Shown here: in pieces, positions 1-11,087 of the stretch | Position numbering within the stretch: the first letter of the stretch is position 1 | Layout: every line of letters starts with the position of its first letter | NCBI GenBank assembly: GCA_900088475.1 | Contig: FLMG01001397.1 | Coordinates: forward strand, 44,158 to 108,157 | Source: Hyphochytrium catenoides | Taxonomy: Eukaryota > Protista > Hyphochytriomycota | Length of the DNA: 64,000 nucleotides | Direction: 5' to 3' | Made by a program: the position numbers and the translations under genes | The notes under the pieces: generated by a model | The model's database searches: none | The model's input: only the letters and a program-made list of their open reading frames with translations | Told to the model about the DNA's origin: nothing

Positions 1-1426
1 TATAGTGACCTACTATCGCACTGTTCACTATCCCTTCTTCTTCAGAACTTGTTAATGAAGAGGTTCCGGCGGCGTCCTGTGCCAGTTGACGATGATGGGA
101 CACTCTAAAATCCTGCTCCACTGCGCTATCTCGTGTCCCTTCCTCCCCACCGGCTCCCATATTAGACGCCGATCTGCCTTTGTTGGGTCTCCAGAAGATG
201 ATCACAGAGGCTAAAAGTACCATAAAGAGGATAAAATCAGTCAGCATCACGGGAAGGGTTGTGCGGCTCGACGAAAGACATCTGGTATCCCATGTATCGG
301 ATTTGGCAGTACCGTTGCTGACGCTGCATTTTGCGTAGTAGACCCAAGCATCAACGCCTATTCGAGGCTTGCCTACCGCCATAAGGACAGCGATGCTGAC
401 AGTCGTCAAGACAAGAAGCAACTCTAAGGTCATATAGAGTAGCAATGAGCGGGCAACCCAGGAGAGGCGGCTGTAAGACTGAAGAGGGCTGACCCAAAGC
501 CGCCACCGCCCAGAGTGCTTATCTACGGCGTCCACAACGGGGCTTACGAGAGGGACATCAGGCCCTTCTGACTGCTTCTTCTGCTGAAGCTTTCGCAATA
601 CCGCCGCAGCGCTTGGAACGTCGTCCGTTGGATAACGTGAGGACTGCTCAACCATGATCTCTAGAGCTTCATGTTGACGAACATGGCGGAATAGGATGAC
701 AGACAGCGTCATAAAGCTCACTAGAGAACCTGCGAAGAACATCATACAGCCAAACCGGAGCAGGAGCGAAGGATGGTGCCTCGGAGCCATTATGGACGCC
801 ATAAAGAGAAGCGTCATCGAAGACAGGGACACCGCGAAGGTCGTCCAAGATCCCCTACGAATCTTCCTTGCCCTGGCGCTGACAATTTGCAGCCCTTCCA
901 CAAGGGCTTGGCCATTCGCTGCAGAAGATCTTTGGTTGTTACCTGCTACTACTGAACCCGAGGGAGAGAGCCTCCTACTACCTCCCACGACGTTCCCTCC
1001 TTCTTCAATCACGTTGACAGCCTCCAGCTCCCTGACAGCAAGAATCACAGTGGTAGACCATCTTCGGAGAGCTATTGCGAGGCTGGAGACGACGCAAAAG
1101 ATGTAAATCCACTGGAGCAGAGACACGACGGGATATGGAAGCACAGCTCCATGAGCAAAGGGGTCAATCCCTCTAAGGATCAACACTGCAAAGCCCAAAA
1201 GGGCAACGACCACCATCCTCTTCTGGACCTTGCTACCGCCTTCGCAGTGTATCTTGAGCCATTGGTAGAGGGTAATGGCAACACCTAGAAGGCCCAGGAG
1301 AGAGTATAGGAGCTTTTGCTTGAGATATTCATCAATGATAACATCGCTGAACGCCGTCTGACAGTCAGATCCCACTTTGGCGTAACTGCACGGGAAGTCC
1401 TGGACGCGGGACGACGTGCTTCCCAT
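1..1426 (-). CDS. Intronless seven-transmembrane (GPCR-like, possibly THH1/TOM1-like) protein, 3'-partial
   Basis: Hand translation from ATG at 1426 stays open for 475 codons to the window edge; the ORF track omits it because no stop is reached. It begins MGSTSSRVQDFPCSYAKVGSDCQTAF and has seven hydrophobic segments: LLYSLLGLLGVAITLYQWL, MVVVALLGFAVLILRGIDPF, VVSLLQWIYIFCVVSSLAIAL, WTTFAVSLSSMTLLFMASIMA, LLLRFGCMMFFAGSLVSFMTLSVILF, SLLLYMTLELLLVLTTVSIAVLMAV, LPVMLTDFILFMVLLASVIIFW, then a polar tail. Family assignment is inference. Confidence 0.8.
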   Translation of the reverse strand, partial: MGSTSSRVQDFPCSYAKVGSDCQTAFSDVIIDEYLKQKLLYSLLGLLGVAITLYQWLKIHCEGGSKVQKRMVVVALLGFAVLILRGIDPFAHGAVLPYPVVSLLQWIYIFCVVSSLAIALRRWSTTVILAVRELEAVNVIEEGGNVVGGSRRLSPSGSVVAGNNQRSSAANGQALVEGLQIVSARARKIRRGSWTTFAVSLSSMTLLFMASIMAPRHHPSLLLRFGCMMFFAGSLVSFMTLSVILFRHVRQHEALEIMVEQSSRYPTDDVPSAAAVLRKLQQKKQSEGPDVPLVSPVVDAVDKHSGRWRLWVSPLQSYSRLSWVARSLLLYMTLELLLVLTTVSIAVLMAVGKPRIGVDAWVYYAKCSVSNGTAKSDTWDTRCLSSSRTTLPVMLTDFILFMVLLASVIIFWRPNKGRSASNMGAGGEEGTRDSAVEQDFRVSHHRQLAQDAAGTSSLTSSEEEGIVNSAIVGHY

Positions 1427-4400
1427 GCTTCCCGCTTTTCTTCAGCAGATTTATGATCCACTTCAAAGCTCCGCCAGTACCAGAAGAGTATGATGCAGCG
1501 TAGTCGGTTCTTAGAGTGACTTCTCTCTCGTAGATGTGCGCATCCTCTGCTGATCTACGGTGAAGGCGTACCCTCGCCAACGCCAGTAGTTCTTGTCAAC
1601 ACTTAGAGCTTTTGTTTTTAATCTGGGCAAGTCATTCCCGTCAAAGCGCCTTTCTCTACAATGTCTCCTGCCTATCACGACGTGGCCCCTTGTTCCTATC
1701 AGGAGCAGTGATTGCCGTTAGCGCGTCTCCGTTGGAGCGTACTGGACGCTAGTCATAGCCACTAGGCACATTAGACTAGCAAGACCTTCCCAAGGGTTTA
1801 TGGCCCCGTAGTGGCGGAATATGGAAGATGTTGCACAATGCTGAAAACAATGCCAAGCTCTGCTACAGAACAGAAGAGTCCTTACAGAGATTGTGACGCA
1901 GTGTGAATCCTGTTTGACGAGTGCAGTCAAAGAGCTTAGTGGGAGCTTTCCCTCTCTAAATGACTGCGTGAGAATTTGGGGCCTAGCTTGTTGAGCACAA
2001 GGACAGCAAAGATGGCGAGACTGAGCGTTGGAGAGCTTTCTTCTGCTTTCTTTCCTCTCTAAGAGTAAGTACTACGCGCCAGTCGCCACCACATCTTCAT
2101 GATCCAGCCTGCCTGGAGTTCTACCCGTCAGAAGCGGTGCAAGGTGATGACGCCATAGACCCATCTTCTCCGCCTTTCTATTGTCTTCACCCTACTGCAC
2201 ACTCATAGTAGCACCATTTGTCTCCCTGTTCTCTATCGTTGACGTTGACTTCCCCTTCTGCCTTCCTCCTCCTCCTCCTCTGTACCACCTGAATCCTTCG
2301 ACCCGTCGTCCCCTCTCTTCTATTGCTTTGTCCTCCTCCTCCTGATGCTAGGAATAGTTCTAAGGCCTGCTGAGAGCTTCTTCTTTCCCTTTGGCTTGGT
2401 TCTTGATTCCTCTGCCATAGCCCAAGCTGCTGACGCTGCTCCAGAGTTCCAGTTCCGAACCGCCTGTTTAACTTCTGGTGCGCGCTGTCCCCCCCCCCCA
2501 TGATGATGCGCCGGCCATAACCGTTAGCGACTCTGTCAGGAGAGAGGATCATAGGGCCAAATTATTTCTGGGGTCCCAGAGCGCCCACCTCACCCCCTGG
2601 TCCAACCCTGAAGATAGACCGCTAGTTACAGATAAAGTGCAATCCGTCGGTGGAAGTTACTCCATGATCCTCTGAGCTGATCTAATCCTAAGCCGGACCT
2701 TTGACCGGACGTCCAACTGCCTAAGAAATTCTACGTGTCCAATACACCTCGCAGGTGGCCCACCGCTCCAACTTTTTAATATTTCATTCCTTGTATAATT
2801 TCCTCACAGCGAATCAAAGACTCCTGTCAGTCTACATTGATGAATTTAAAACTTCGCCAGGCAATTGAAATAATGAAAAGCTCCTGCAAATAACACAAAG
2901 GAGAGAGAGGCGGAGGAGGACAAGGAAAGCTCGACTTCTGGTGATTATTCCCGCGCCAGGGCAGGGGCGGTGGGTCCTCTATAAGAGCGCGTGGCCGTCC
3001 AAAGTCGCGACAATAATTGATCCTTTCTCTATCTTTCTCCTCGTTCTTGCGTCTTCCTTCGTTCTTCAACTGGTGCAGGAGCGCTCCCTGCTGGTTGCTG
3101 ATGAGTAGAGAACGAAAGAGATGTGAAGAAGCCAGCATAATAGAACTAGGAACTAGTAGGAAGCATGGGCTATGGAAAGAGAAAGGTTTAGTGTCGTTCT
3201 TCCTCTCTACTATGACAGAACTGAAGGACAAGAAGCGAGAGTGGGCGATGGCCATACTAGTCCTATAATAATACTTTAGTCATTAGAGGCTTGTTGGTGA
3301 GGGACAGAGCGAGTACTGAGTTGTGAGTTGAAGAAGACGAAGTCGATAAGTGGTACAAGCCAAAGTGGAAGGGAAACTGAGATGACCAAACAATAACCTG
3401 AACAGAGAGGATTATTACTGAACACTGGAAGTAGCACACCTTACTGGATGAGTGATTACCCATGAGTTTTGGGCATTCCTGGTTACTGGATGAGTAACCC
3501 ATGTTCTATGAGTACAACAGTAGTTTCGGCTTACATATCCCATGAGTTTATAAGAGTAGTGCGTACATTGCCTTGAACTCTCAGTTACTTCATTCCTCAA
3601 ATTTTTTTCGAGCTTATTATCCTACTCTGAGTACTTTTCCAGCTGTTCCGAGTAGAAGAAGTCTATGACTGAGGAGGAGGATGAGTAGGCCATCATGAGC
3701 TAGGAGGTTGGTGGTTGTTGGCTGTACAACAGAGCTAAATAATGACAGGGTTCTTCAAGGCACTGATATCATTAGTAATAGAAGAAGAAATGAAGGATCT
3801 GCAGCTGCTAGCACCATCATCGAATGAACTAAAACGAAGAGGACAAATAAAAAAGAAGAATGACAAGCAAGGAACAAAACAGGAGAAGAGGGAAGAAGCG
3901 CTCGTCTTTCTACTGTTTGTTGTCGTCCCTCCTGGCCCGTTCGGGAGGTTATGGATGGCAACAGATCGCCATTCATAACTGACCTTATAATAAAATGAAG
4001 AAGAAGAAAGGTAGTGTGTGCGTCTTACATTCTTCTTTTTTGCTCTCCTCTTCTCCTCATCAAATCATCACCACCCTAACGAGGTCTTTCTTCCTCCACC
4101 TCATCTTCCTGTCCTTGTTTCTCATGTCTCTTCTTCCTCTATCTATTGGGCTCTTCCTGATGTATTATTCTCTTTAACAGCAAGCATAATTTGGCTACTA
4201 ATGATAAAAAACTCTTTATTATCCGCCAGGAGGTTGTTGAAGCAAATCAGCAGCAAGCACCACTCGGTTATATAGTAGTAACAGAAGACGAGGACCACTA
4301 ACTGATGGAGGAGCGAGAGAGAAGAGAACTATGATGAAGAAGAAGAGAAAGACAGACCGAAATCCTCCTTCCTCATAGTAGGGACAAAGGTCCAGCGCTA

Positions 4401-4489
4401 GAGGTGGAAGAGGTCTGAGTACTAAGTAGTCCTAGTAGAGCTCGGGATTGCCTGGGCGCGGGTGGGGCGCCGCTGCTGCCTGCATCCAT

Positions 4490-4562
4490 CATGATGATGA
4501 TGATAATAGAGATTCTCTTCTTCGTGCTGCTGCTGCTGCTGCTGATGGATGATGATGATGAT
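4490..4562. repeat. Compound trinucleotide microsatellite (ATG)n/(GCT)n/(ATG)n
   Basis: Directly visible: ATG runs flank a GCT run, and each ATG run is followed by (AT)AGAGAT. Confidence 0.85.
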
Positions 4563-5554
4563 AGAGATCTGAACGGACACAGAGAAGATCCTTTATAATC
4601 AAAGAAAGCGAACTGTATGCCAGGAGCCGGTGGATGGGAAGAAATAGAACCTCTTCTAATTTAAATCTTTCCTTTTGCTTTCTTTTTGATAAAGAATTCA
4701 TTTACAGTATTGCACGTTATTGCCTGTGTCCGACAGCTGGTTTTATGGAGAGGAATTGATAAAGTATATAAATTTAATTCTTTTTTGTGGAAGAATAAGA
4801 AGACCTAAAAAGGCAGGAGTGGGTGGGCCCTTTGTACGCTTCCCATCTCCTTTACACAAACCCCATGCCACTGACTCTGTCTATTCTTAGAACAGGAGTA
4901 GTAATACGACGCCGCTAGGCCCTTATCACCTTATACACACTGTAACCGTATAGTACTATGTTCCCGTACGGTGCGGCTTCACAGTGCAGAGAGAAAGGGA
5001 GCAGCGCCACGTCGTTTCTCTCTCAATAAAAAGAGAACCACCGCTGTAAGGTCTGCAGGTAGAAACCTCAACGGACAACCTGGCCCTTTATCTCTTAGGG
5101 TTGTTCCCGCTGGGCAGTTCGGGCAGAGGACCGGATGAAAAGTTATCCGTATGTGCGCGCGCACCGCCGCCTCCTCTTCAGCAAGCTCCACCGCTTGTTA
5201 ACTTTGCTTGGAGACCCACCGCCGCCTGACCGCCGTCTGCGGGTTTTGGTTAGAAGAAGCTACCAGCGCGGCCTGGACGTCCTCTTGCGGCAAGTAGTCC
5301 CTATCTGACTGCCCTTTCTGACGGTGACAGCTCCTACAGGCTGGCTGTGTGGAGACCGAGACTCTCCGGGCAGGGCGCCTCCCATATACTTGTGGCCGTA
5401 GGAAGTCCAGGTTCGCAGCTGACGGTACGCCGGGTGATACAGGTTCATCTCACTGCCTATTGAAGTTGAAAGCTGTCCTTCGCTCGCAGCCACCAGGACC
5501 TTGACGGGCCCTCGTAGTTAGTTGCCCTCAAGGTACATATTCGGGCCTGGAGAA

Positions 5555-8500
5555 ATGGCCAAAAGCAGGGCCAGCTTGACGTCTGTCACAGACTATTCCT
5601 CCATTCGGACACCAGCAAGCTCGTATGCCACCGTCACTCGGCCTAATCTCGACAGCGTAATGAGCGTGACGCCTTCGCTGGCAAAGGAAATCCCTGCTTC
5701 CGCTTGGACCCGGCGCTTCAACACACCAGACCCGTCAGAACGAGTACATACACCTTCCATGCCACCTGTTGGAGAAAGCATTAAGCTCTTACCTATGGCA
5801 TATAGGCTGGCAAGGTGAGAATCAGAAGGAAGGGGAGCAAAAATCACAGGCTTCTTTATGGAAATAGCAAGGACAACAGAAGCGAGTCTGAGCAAAAAGC
5901 CCGAGCCCTAATGGTTCCTTCACTCATATGCCCGCCCTTTGCTTATCGTGTACAATCTAGCTACATCTATGAAGAGACATCCGCTGGCCGTGCTCCTATA
6001 TTGGATCTTAAGGTGTGTGAACGACTTCTTGTGCTCAAACTGACGGAATCATCTTGCTGAACGGTTCTCCGTGTCAACAGCTTCCCACTCTGCAACCAGA
6101 GAAGCCAGGACCTAACGCTGGCGTTCCTCTTGGAGGAATCGGCGGAGGATCAATTGGCCGCGGCTGGAAAGGAGACTTCAGGAGATGGTCCCTCAGACCA
6201 GGTAGGCTCCACTGTCACTGTATAGTTCTTGCTAGCGTTCACCCATGATCGGATTTAGGATCCTATGAGCACCGGGAGGTTATCGCTGACCAGTTCTCAG
6301 TGTACGTGAACCGTGCTGGAAAGGNNNNNNNNNNNNNNNNNNNNNNNNAGAGAGAGAGAGAGAGAGAGAGGGGTAGAACTATTCTTGACGCAAAACCTTA
6401 CCTATCTTTGTCGTGACAGGTTCTCTCTCACAGAAGAGATGGCGGACCCGATGGTGCCTTGTTTTCCTGGGACTGGGGCATGAACACTAGCAATGCCTGT
6501 TACCACGCGATGTATCCGAGAGCTTGGACTGTCTATGAGTTTCCCGAGGCGGCCATCCGATTGGTCTGTCGGCAGATCTCGCCCGTCATCCCTCATAACT
6601 ATACAGAGTCTTCCATTCCGGCCGCAGTCTTTGTATGGAGTGTAGAGAATCTGGGAGACGAGGAGATAGACGTTAGTATCATGTTCACCTTTCAGAATGG
6701 TACAGGAGGAAAGAACGACTTTGCAGGCAGCCATCAAAATGAGGTATGTTCTATGCCGTAAGAAGCCAACCGCTTGAAGGTGTAGCCGTGCCCTTTATGA
6801 CCCACGTTTTGTCTAGGCCTTTGGCTTCGAAGAATCTGCTTTGGGAGCTTCAGACTGTGCTATGGGTGTGAAGCTCCATCATGTGGAGCGCACCCTAGCG
6901 GCAATCCCTCGAGAAGAGATGAAGAAGAGGCATTGCATGTGCTGCTTCGGATGCTTTGGGATATGCAAATCTTTTCATAAGTCCAATGATGATGACAGGG
7001 AGCTTTACATTGATCCGTTGACCTTCTGCATCGCGGCTCCAGCGGGACAACCTGGCGTCGAAGTCACACATCACGCTTCTTGGAGGACAAACGGCATGCG
7101 GGCTGGTCAAGAGGTAACGGGTTCGACTCTTGATACCTGATCTTCCTGTTCAATGTTTATGCTGCTTATATGGTCCTTTGACGCCACCAGCACGTCGATA
7201 TATCGTTCTTGACCGTGGTGTCCACTGCTTAGCTTGCTATGTTGCTCTCTATTCCTTTACTGCTTACCCTCACTTCCACTACTAGATCTAGATTTAGGTC
7301 GCTAATCTGTGTGCCTTTGGCCCATGCACCTTACGTAGGTGTGGAGACATTTTAAGACCAGCGGGCGGCTCGACAACTCCACAAGTCAGCGGGGCCCTAG
7401 TAATGTTGGCGAAAGCATCGGCGCCGCCTTAGCTCAGACGTTCGTAGTTCAGCCCAAAGAACTCAAAAGCAACATTGTCTTTTCCCTTGCGTGGGACATG
7501 CCCCTTGCTCGCTTCAGCGAGGGCAAAGCTTACCCACGGCGCTATACTAAATTCTTTGGCGATGATGGTAAAGCTGTGGAGGCCATCACAGAGCATGCTT
7601 TGAAGTATTGGCGGGTGTGGGAGGAGGCCATAGAGCAGTGGCAGGAGCCGATTCTCTCGTCTCCTCAGCTGCCTGACTGGTATAAAGGTCAGCTATTTAA
7701 CGAGCTCTACTTCATCACTGATGGAGGCACAATCTGGACCACAATTGGTGGCGCCAATGCCCCGTACGTTGACCATTTTGACGATTCTCCACGGGATTAT
7801 GGTGATCAACGGCCAAAGCTACCTGCCCCGTCATTGGACCGTGTGGCGATCGCAGGACAAAGACAATCACACTACCGCGCTAGCTACAACTCTGGGTTCG
7901 TTCTGCCTTCGCAAGGGACTTCTCCAAGCTCAGTTCCAGGCCGTGAGAGTATATCGAGAGACTCAGGTGTCTTTATCTACCAGAGGGAAAACACGAAGCT
8001 GCCAAACCCTGATGGTTACCTCTGCAATGATGATCCCATCCACTATGAAGACATGGGTTGGAACATTATGCATAGAGATGACTCCATTGGGCACTTTCTA
8101 TACCTTGAAGGCCACGAGTACCTTATGTACAACACATATGACGTACACTTTTACGCCTCCTTTGCTCTCATCATGAACTGGCCACAGTTGGAGCTCAGCC
8201 TGCAAAGAGACTTTGCGGCGGCAGTTATGACTCACGATGATGAGATTCGGACGCTTTTCAGCCATGGAGAGATACGGAGGAGAAAAATTGAAGGCCAAGT
8301 GCCGCATGATGTTGGCTCTCCAGCTGAAGACCCATGGAATAGGGTAAGCTTTCATTGCAATAGAAGCACTCAATTTCGCGACCTCTGCATGCCTTGTCTC
8401 TGCAAGCCTAACCGAGCCGTCTCTATCCTCTCAGCTGCTCTCTCTTTTACTCTCTTCTGTTGCACTTTAACTCTCTGACGTTCTCTATCATGCCTCTATG

Positions 8501-9494
8501 ATACTAGGTGAATGCCTATAACTTCCAGGACGTTGGTCACTGGAAGGATCTGGGCCCTAAATTTGTCCTACAGATTTACCGGGACTACGTCGCCACTGGC
8601 GATGAGAAGTTTCTCCGTGAGATGTATCCAGTTGTTAAGCAAGTCATCGACCACTGTCAGCAGTTCGACCGTGATGGTGATGGCCTGATAGAGAATGAAG
8701 GTTTCCCAGACCAAACATATGATATATGGGTGGTGAACGGACCATCATCGTACACAGGCAGTCTCTGGCTCTCAGCGCTAGCTTGCACAGTGATGATGGC
8801 GAACATAGTTGGTGACAGTGAGGCGGCTTTGCACTACCGCTCCCTAGAAACAAGAGGAAAGGACGCTTATGAGAAGCTTTTATGGAACGGCCGGTACTAT
8901 AACTATGACAGCGGCAATTCAAAGACCAGCACCTCCATCATGTCAGACCAGCTGGCAGGGCAGTGGTATGCCAGGGCCTGTGGGCTTCCTAGCATAGTGC
9001 CTCCAGAACATGCTTCACTAGCTCTAGCCACGGTGTTCGCCAACAATGTACTGAGATTTCATAACGGGACCATGGGAGCCGTCAATGGGATGACTGCGGA
9101 TGGCAAGGTTGACAACTCCTGCCTGCAGTCTCGTGAGGTTTGGACAGGCACCACCTACGCGGTTGCTGCAGCGATGATTCAAGAAAGTTTTTTCTCTAGT
9201 GGCCGTCCCATCACTCCCGAGGTCAAGGATCTCCGACGTGCGGGCTTTTCTACGGCTGAGGGCATCTCCCGTTGGGGCTGGCAGCAGGGAGGCTACTGGT
9301 TCGCCACTCCCGAGGGATGGGAGGGCTCAGGCAACTATCGCTCTATGGGATATATGAGGGCCCTTGCCATTTGGTCAATGCAGTGGGCTCTAGACGTTGT
9401 TCCTCGGCTGCCCCAGCAACAATCCCATCGTCTCTCAAACGCAACCGTCCTTTCCCTAGTAGCTTCCGAAAATGGGCATGCTCCCAAGCACTAG
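5555..9494 (+). CDS. GBA2: Non-lysosomal glucosylceramidase, glycoside hydrolase family GH116
   Basis: Exons by GT-AG reading: 5555-5814, 5961-6012, 6081-6201, 6259-(gap), 6420-6743, 6817-7113, 7339-8343, 8508-9494. Family motifs: [66 protein letters not shown] (nucleophile Glu), [27 protein letters not shown] (acid/base Asp), [29 protein letters not shown]. Confidence 0.96.
6325..6370. other. Assembly gap (24 N, 6325-6348) followed by (AG)11 microsatellite
   Basis: Directly visible. The gap hides the end of GBA2 exon 4 and its donor site. Confidence 0.95.
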
Positions 9495-9963
9495 AGGTTC
9501 TCTAGCAACCCGCTTGACCGCCCTCTAACAGTATCACTATGACCTCTTGTACGATAGAGGAAGCAAGGCTTTCTAATGGTGTGAAGAATAAATAAAAGTT
9601 ACCATAAGTAAGCGGTGCTGCGCTCAGACCACCACTCTTTGAAGGATGACGAGGCAAGGTCGACAACTCTTTGTTCGTTGCGAAGCCTAGGTTTGAAAGG
9701 GGAGGCTAAACCTGATCACTGCCTGTCTGCCTTCCATCTTTGCAACAGTGTGCGATGCGCTTTGACTGTCGGGGTAGGCATTGGGATGGGCTCAGTAGAT
9801 GTTTCTCCATCGTCCCCGGATTAGAGAGCAAGAAGATCTGCTGGACCTAACAGAGCCCAGACATCAAGTGGGGGACAGAAAATCCGGTCTTCACATCCTC
9901 ACCTCTTCTCAACCTTGCCTCTCCTGGACTGGATCCATCAATCCGCCAGTATACTTTGTATTG

Positions 9964-11087
9964 TCATGAGATGATCTCCACGTGTGGGAGAGCTTCCTTG
10001 GCTCTCTGCAGTTCATTCTGGCTAAGAGCGTTGCCAGCTAAAGTCAGTTGGCTCAGCTTATCTAATTGCTCCAAGGCGCCGATGGGAAGCTCTGAGAGCC
10101 TGTTCCCGTCCAGATGGAGTGTCGCAAGGGAGCTTAATGCCGTGATATTCGGAGAGAGGGAGTCGAGGCGGTTCTCTGTTCATAGAAGTAAGCACTGAAC
10201 AGTGGCGTTCTAGAGGGCAGAGGAGACTGTACCTCGTAGGTCTAAACTTTCTAACGCAGTCAGCTTATAGACCGAATCAGGCAACGCGGTCAGATTGTTT
10301 TTTGAGAGATCCAAAGCTCGCAGTCCATGTAAGCGGTCTAGTACGCTGGGGACAGAGCAGCAGAGGCAGGAGGAGAAAGGTGCGAAGTGAGCGGCAGGTC
10401 AACAAGGTGATAGAGCCGACAAATGAGGTAACAGAGAAGGGAGGGAAAGCAATGCGGAGGTTGTCTCCCAGGTGGCGGCCCCGACTGCAGTGCATCTTAG
10501 TTGCTCTCTCTCTTTGGCCTGAACTGGCTCTTACTCTTCTGTCTCTCGCTGTGTGTGTCTCTCGCTGTGTCTGTCTCTCGCTGTTTCTCTGCTTAATATC
10601 ACTTAAAGGCCGCTTCTTGTCGTCTTCTCCCATTGTAAGAGGTTCCCAACCAACCACTTCTTTTGCCATGTTTGCAGTCCAAGGGTCTCCCTCTTTATCC
10701 TTTTGACACTCATCTAACTCCCCTTCCTCCATTCCTAAGTCTGTCCTCGAGACCTTGGGCCCTTCGGGCTTTCTCGTTCTTTGCTTGCTCAACGTACGTG
10801 GCCAACCTGCAGATGCAGGGCTCACCGATCTTCTCACACATGATGTTCTTGCATAGTAGGTCTTCGCTGTTGCTGAGAAACAGCCCTGATACTTTGGTGC
10901 CATGTACAGCCACATCGCGATAGGACTTTGCGCGAATAGATGCTGATTGTCCGCCATTGACTGCTCTCACGATGACCTTTGGAAGCTGCAAGGCTTGGCG
11001 TGGTCTCTTCAATGAGGAGAGATTCTCCTTGAAGCCGGTAAGGAGGACGGTATGCTTAAGACCCTTACGTCCCGTGGCTAGAGCCAT
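9964..11087 (-). CDS. Small leucine-rich-repeat protein (~204 aa) with Cys-rich N-cap
   Basis: Three exons (11087-10798, 10345-10233, 10175-9964; 615 nt, in frame). They give ...LLCKNIMCEKIGEPCICRLATVLDRLHGLRALDLSKNNLTALPDSVYKLTALESLDLRENRLDSLSPNITALSSLATLHLDGNRLSELPIGALEQLDKLSQLTLAGNAL...*, i.e. four LxxLxLxxNxL repeats. Confidence 0.85.

Noticed and set aside
696-1106. 136-aa plus-strand ORF
   Set aside because: Antisense shadow of the longer minus-strand 7TM frame; no motif of its own.
4579-4589. ACAGAGAAGAT, matching the U6 snRNA ACAGAGA box
   Set aside because: The following U6 sequence (TAGCATGGCCCCTGCG...) is absent; an 11-nt match in purine-rich DNA is chance.
4938-4986. Nested short inverted repeats (CACTGT/ACAGTG, ACCGTA/TACGGT) as a MITE or Helitron end
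   Set aside because: Stems are only 6 bp, with no target-site duplication, second terminus or other copy in the window.
9615-9960. Intron-like segment and short ORFs downstream of the LRR stop
   Set aside because: No frame extends the LRR protein; at most a 3'-UTR intron, unsupported without transcripts.
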